Below are positions 63,935-64,000 of a stretch of 64,000 bases of DNA, piece after piece. The stretch lies in sequence record OZ335960.1; one strand, written 5' to 3'. Below the pieces are notes generated by a model, which was given only the letters and a program-made list of their open reading frames with translations, was not told the DNA's origin and searched no databases. This DNA comes from a phage. The stretch's first letter is position 1. The number at the start of each line of letters is the position of its first letter. The position numbers were made by a program, and so were the translations under genes.

Positions 63935-64000
63935 TAGTAAAGGTCCTCAGAGTAAAGTTCTTTTTCACTACCACCGCGTTCAATACGTACTTGTCCAGCA
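63934..64000 (-). CDS. 3' end of a minus-strand ORF truncated by the window edge
   Basis: Open frame to window end terminating with TAA that overlaps the next ATG (TAATG); C-terminal peptide ...RIERGGSEKELYSEDLY. Confidence 0.35.
   Translation of the reverse strand, partial: AGQVRIERGGSEKELYSEDLY

Overview
This window is a T4-like (T-even, Tequatrovirus-type) myovirus genome segment running from the large terminase gene 17 to arn. The calls rest on reading the six-frame translations against my memory of T4 proteins; no database search was run. Plus-strand late structural modules: 17-18-19-20-67-68-21-22-23-24 (packaging, tail sheath/tube, portal, prohead core, protease, scaffold, capsid), 51-27-28-29-48-54 (baseplate hub) and 34-35-36-37-38-t (long tail fibre, adhesin, holin). 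Minus-strand blocks: rnlB-hoc-inh, uvsY-25-26, and a long early/middle block alt - 30 (DNA ligase) - 30.x - rIII - 31 - cd - pseT - spanins - alc - rnlA - denA - nrdB - nrdA - td - frd - 32 - 59 - 33 - dsbA - rnh, then asiA and arn. Regulatory signals visible in sequence are T4-type early promoters (GTTTAC, 17-18 bp spacer, TAnnAT) on the minus strand, TATAAATA late-promoter boxes before late genes, GC-rich tetraloop hairpin terminators, and the gene 32 translational operator. The most unusual features are: (1) gene 37 is interrupted by a perfect 16-bp tandem duplication and, even when repaired, is only about 480 codons, ending in an intramolecular-chaperone-like domain and followed by a T2-type glycine-rich gp38 adhesin; (2) a 352-bp ORF-free, GC-elevated, inverted-repeat-rich segment between rIII and the 30.9-position ORF; (3) a ~115-119 codon ORF inserted between frd and td, which overlap in T4 as I recall; (4) td and nrdB are uninterrupted and no homing-endonuclease-sized ORF is present at positions where T4 carries them; (5) Hoc carries an extra tandemly duplicated Ig-like domain; (6) two tandem Alt-family ADP-ribosyltransferase paralogs near a NADAR/YbiA-like gene. 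I could not recognise a clearly new multi-gene system; the items above are what deserve follow-up.
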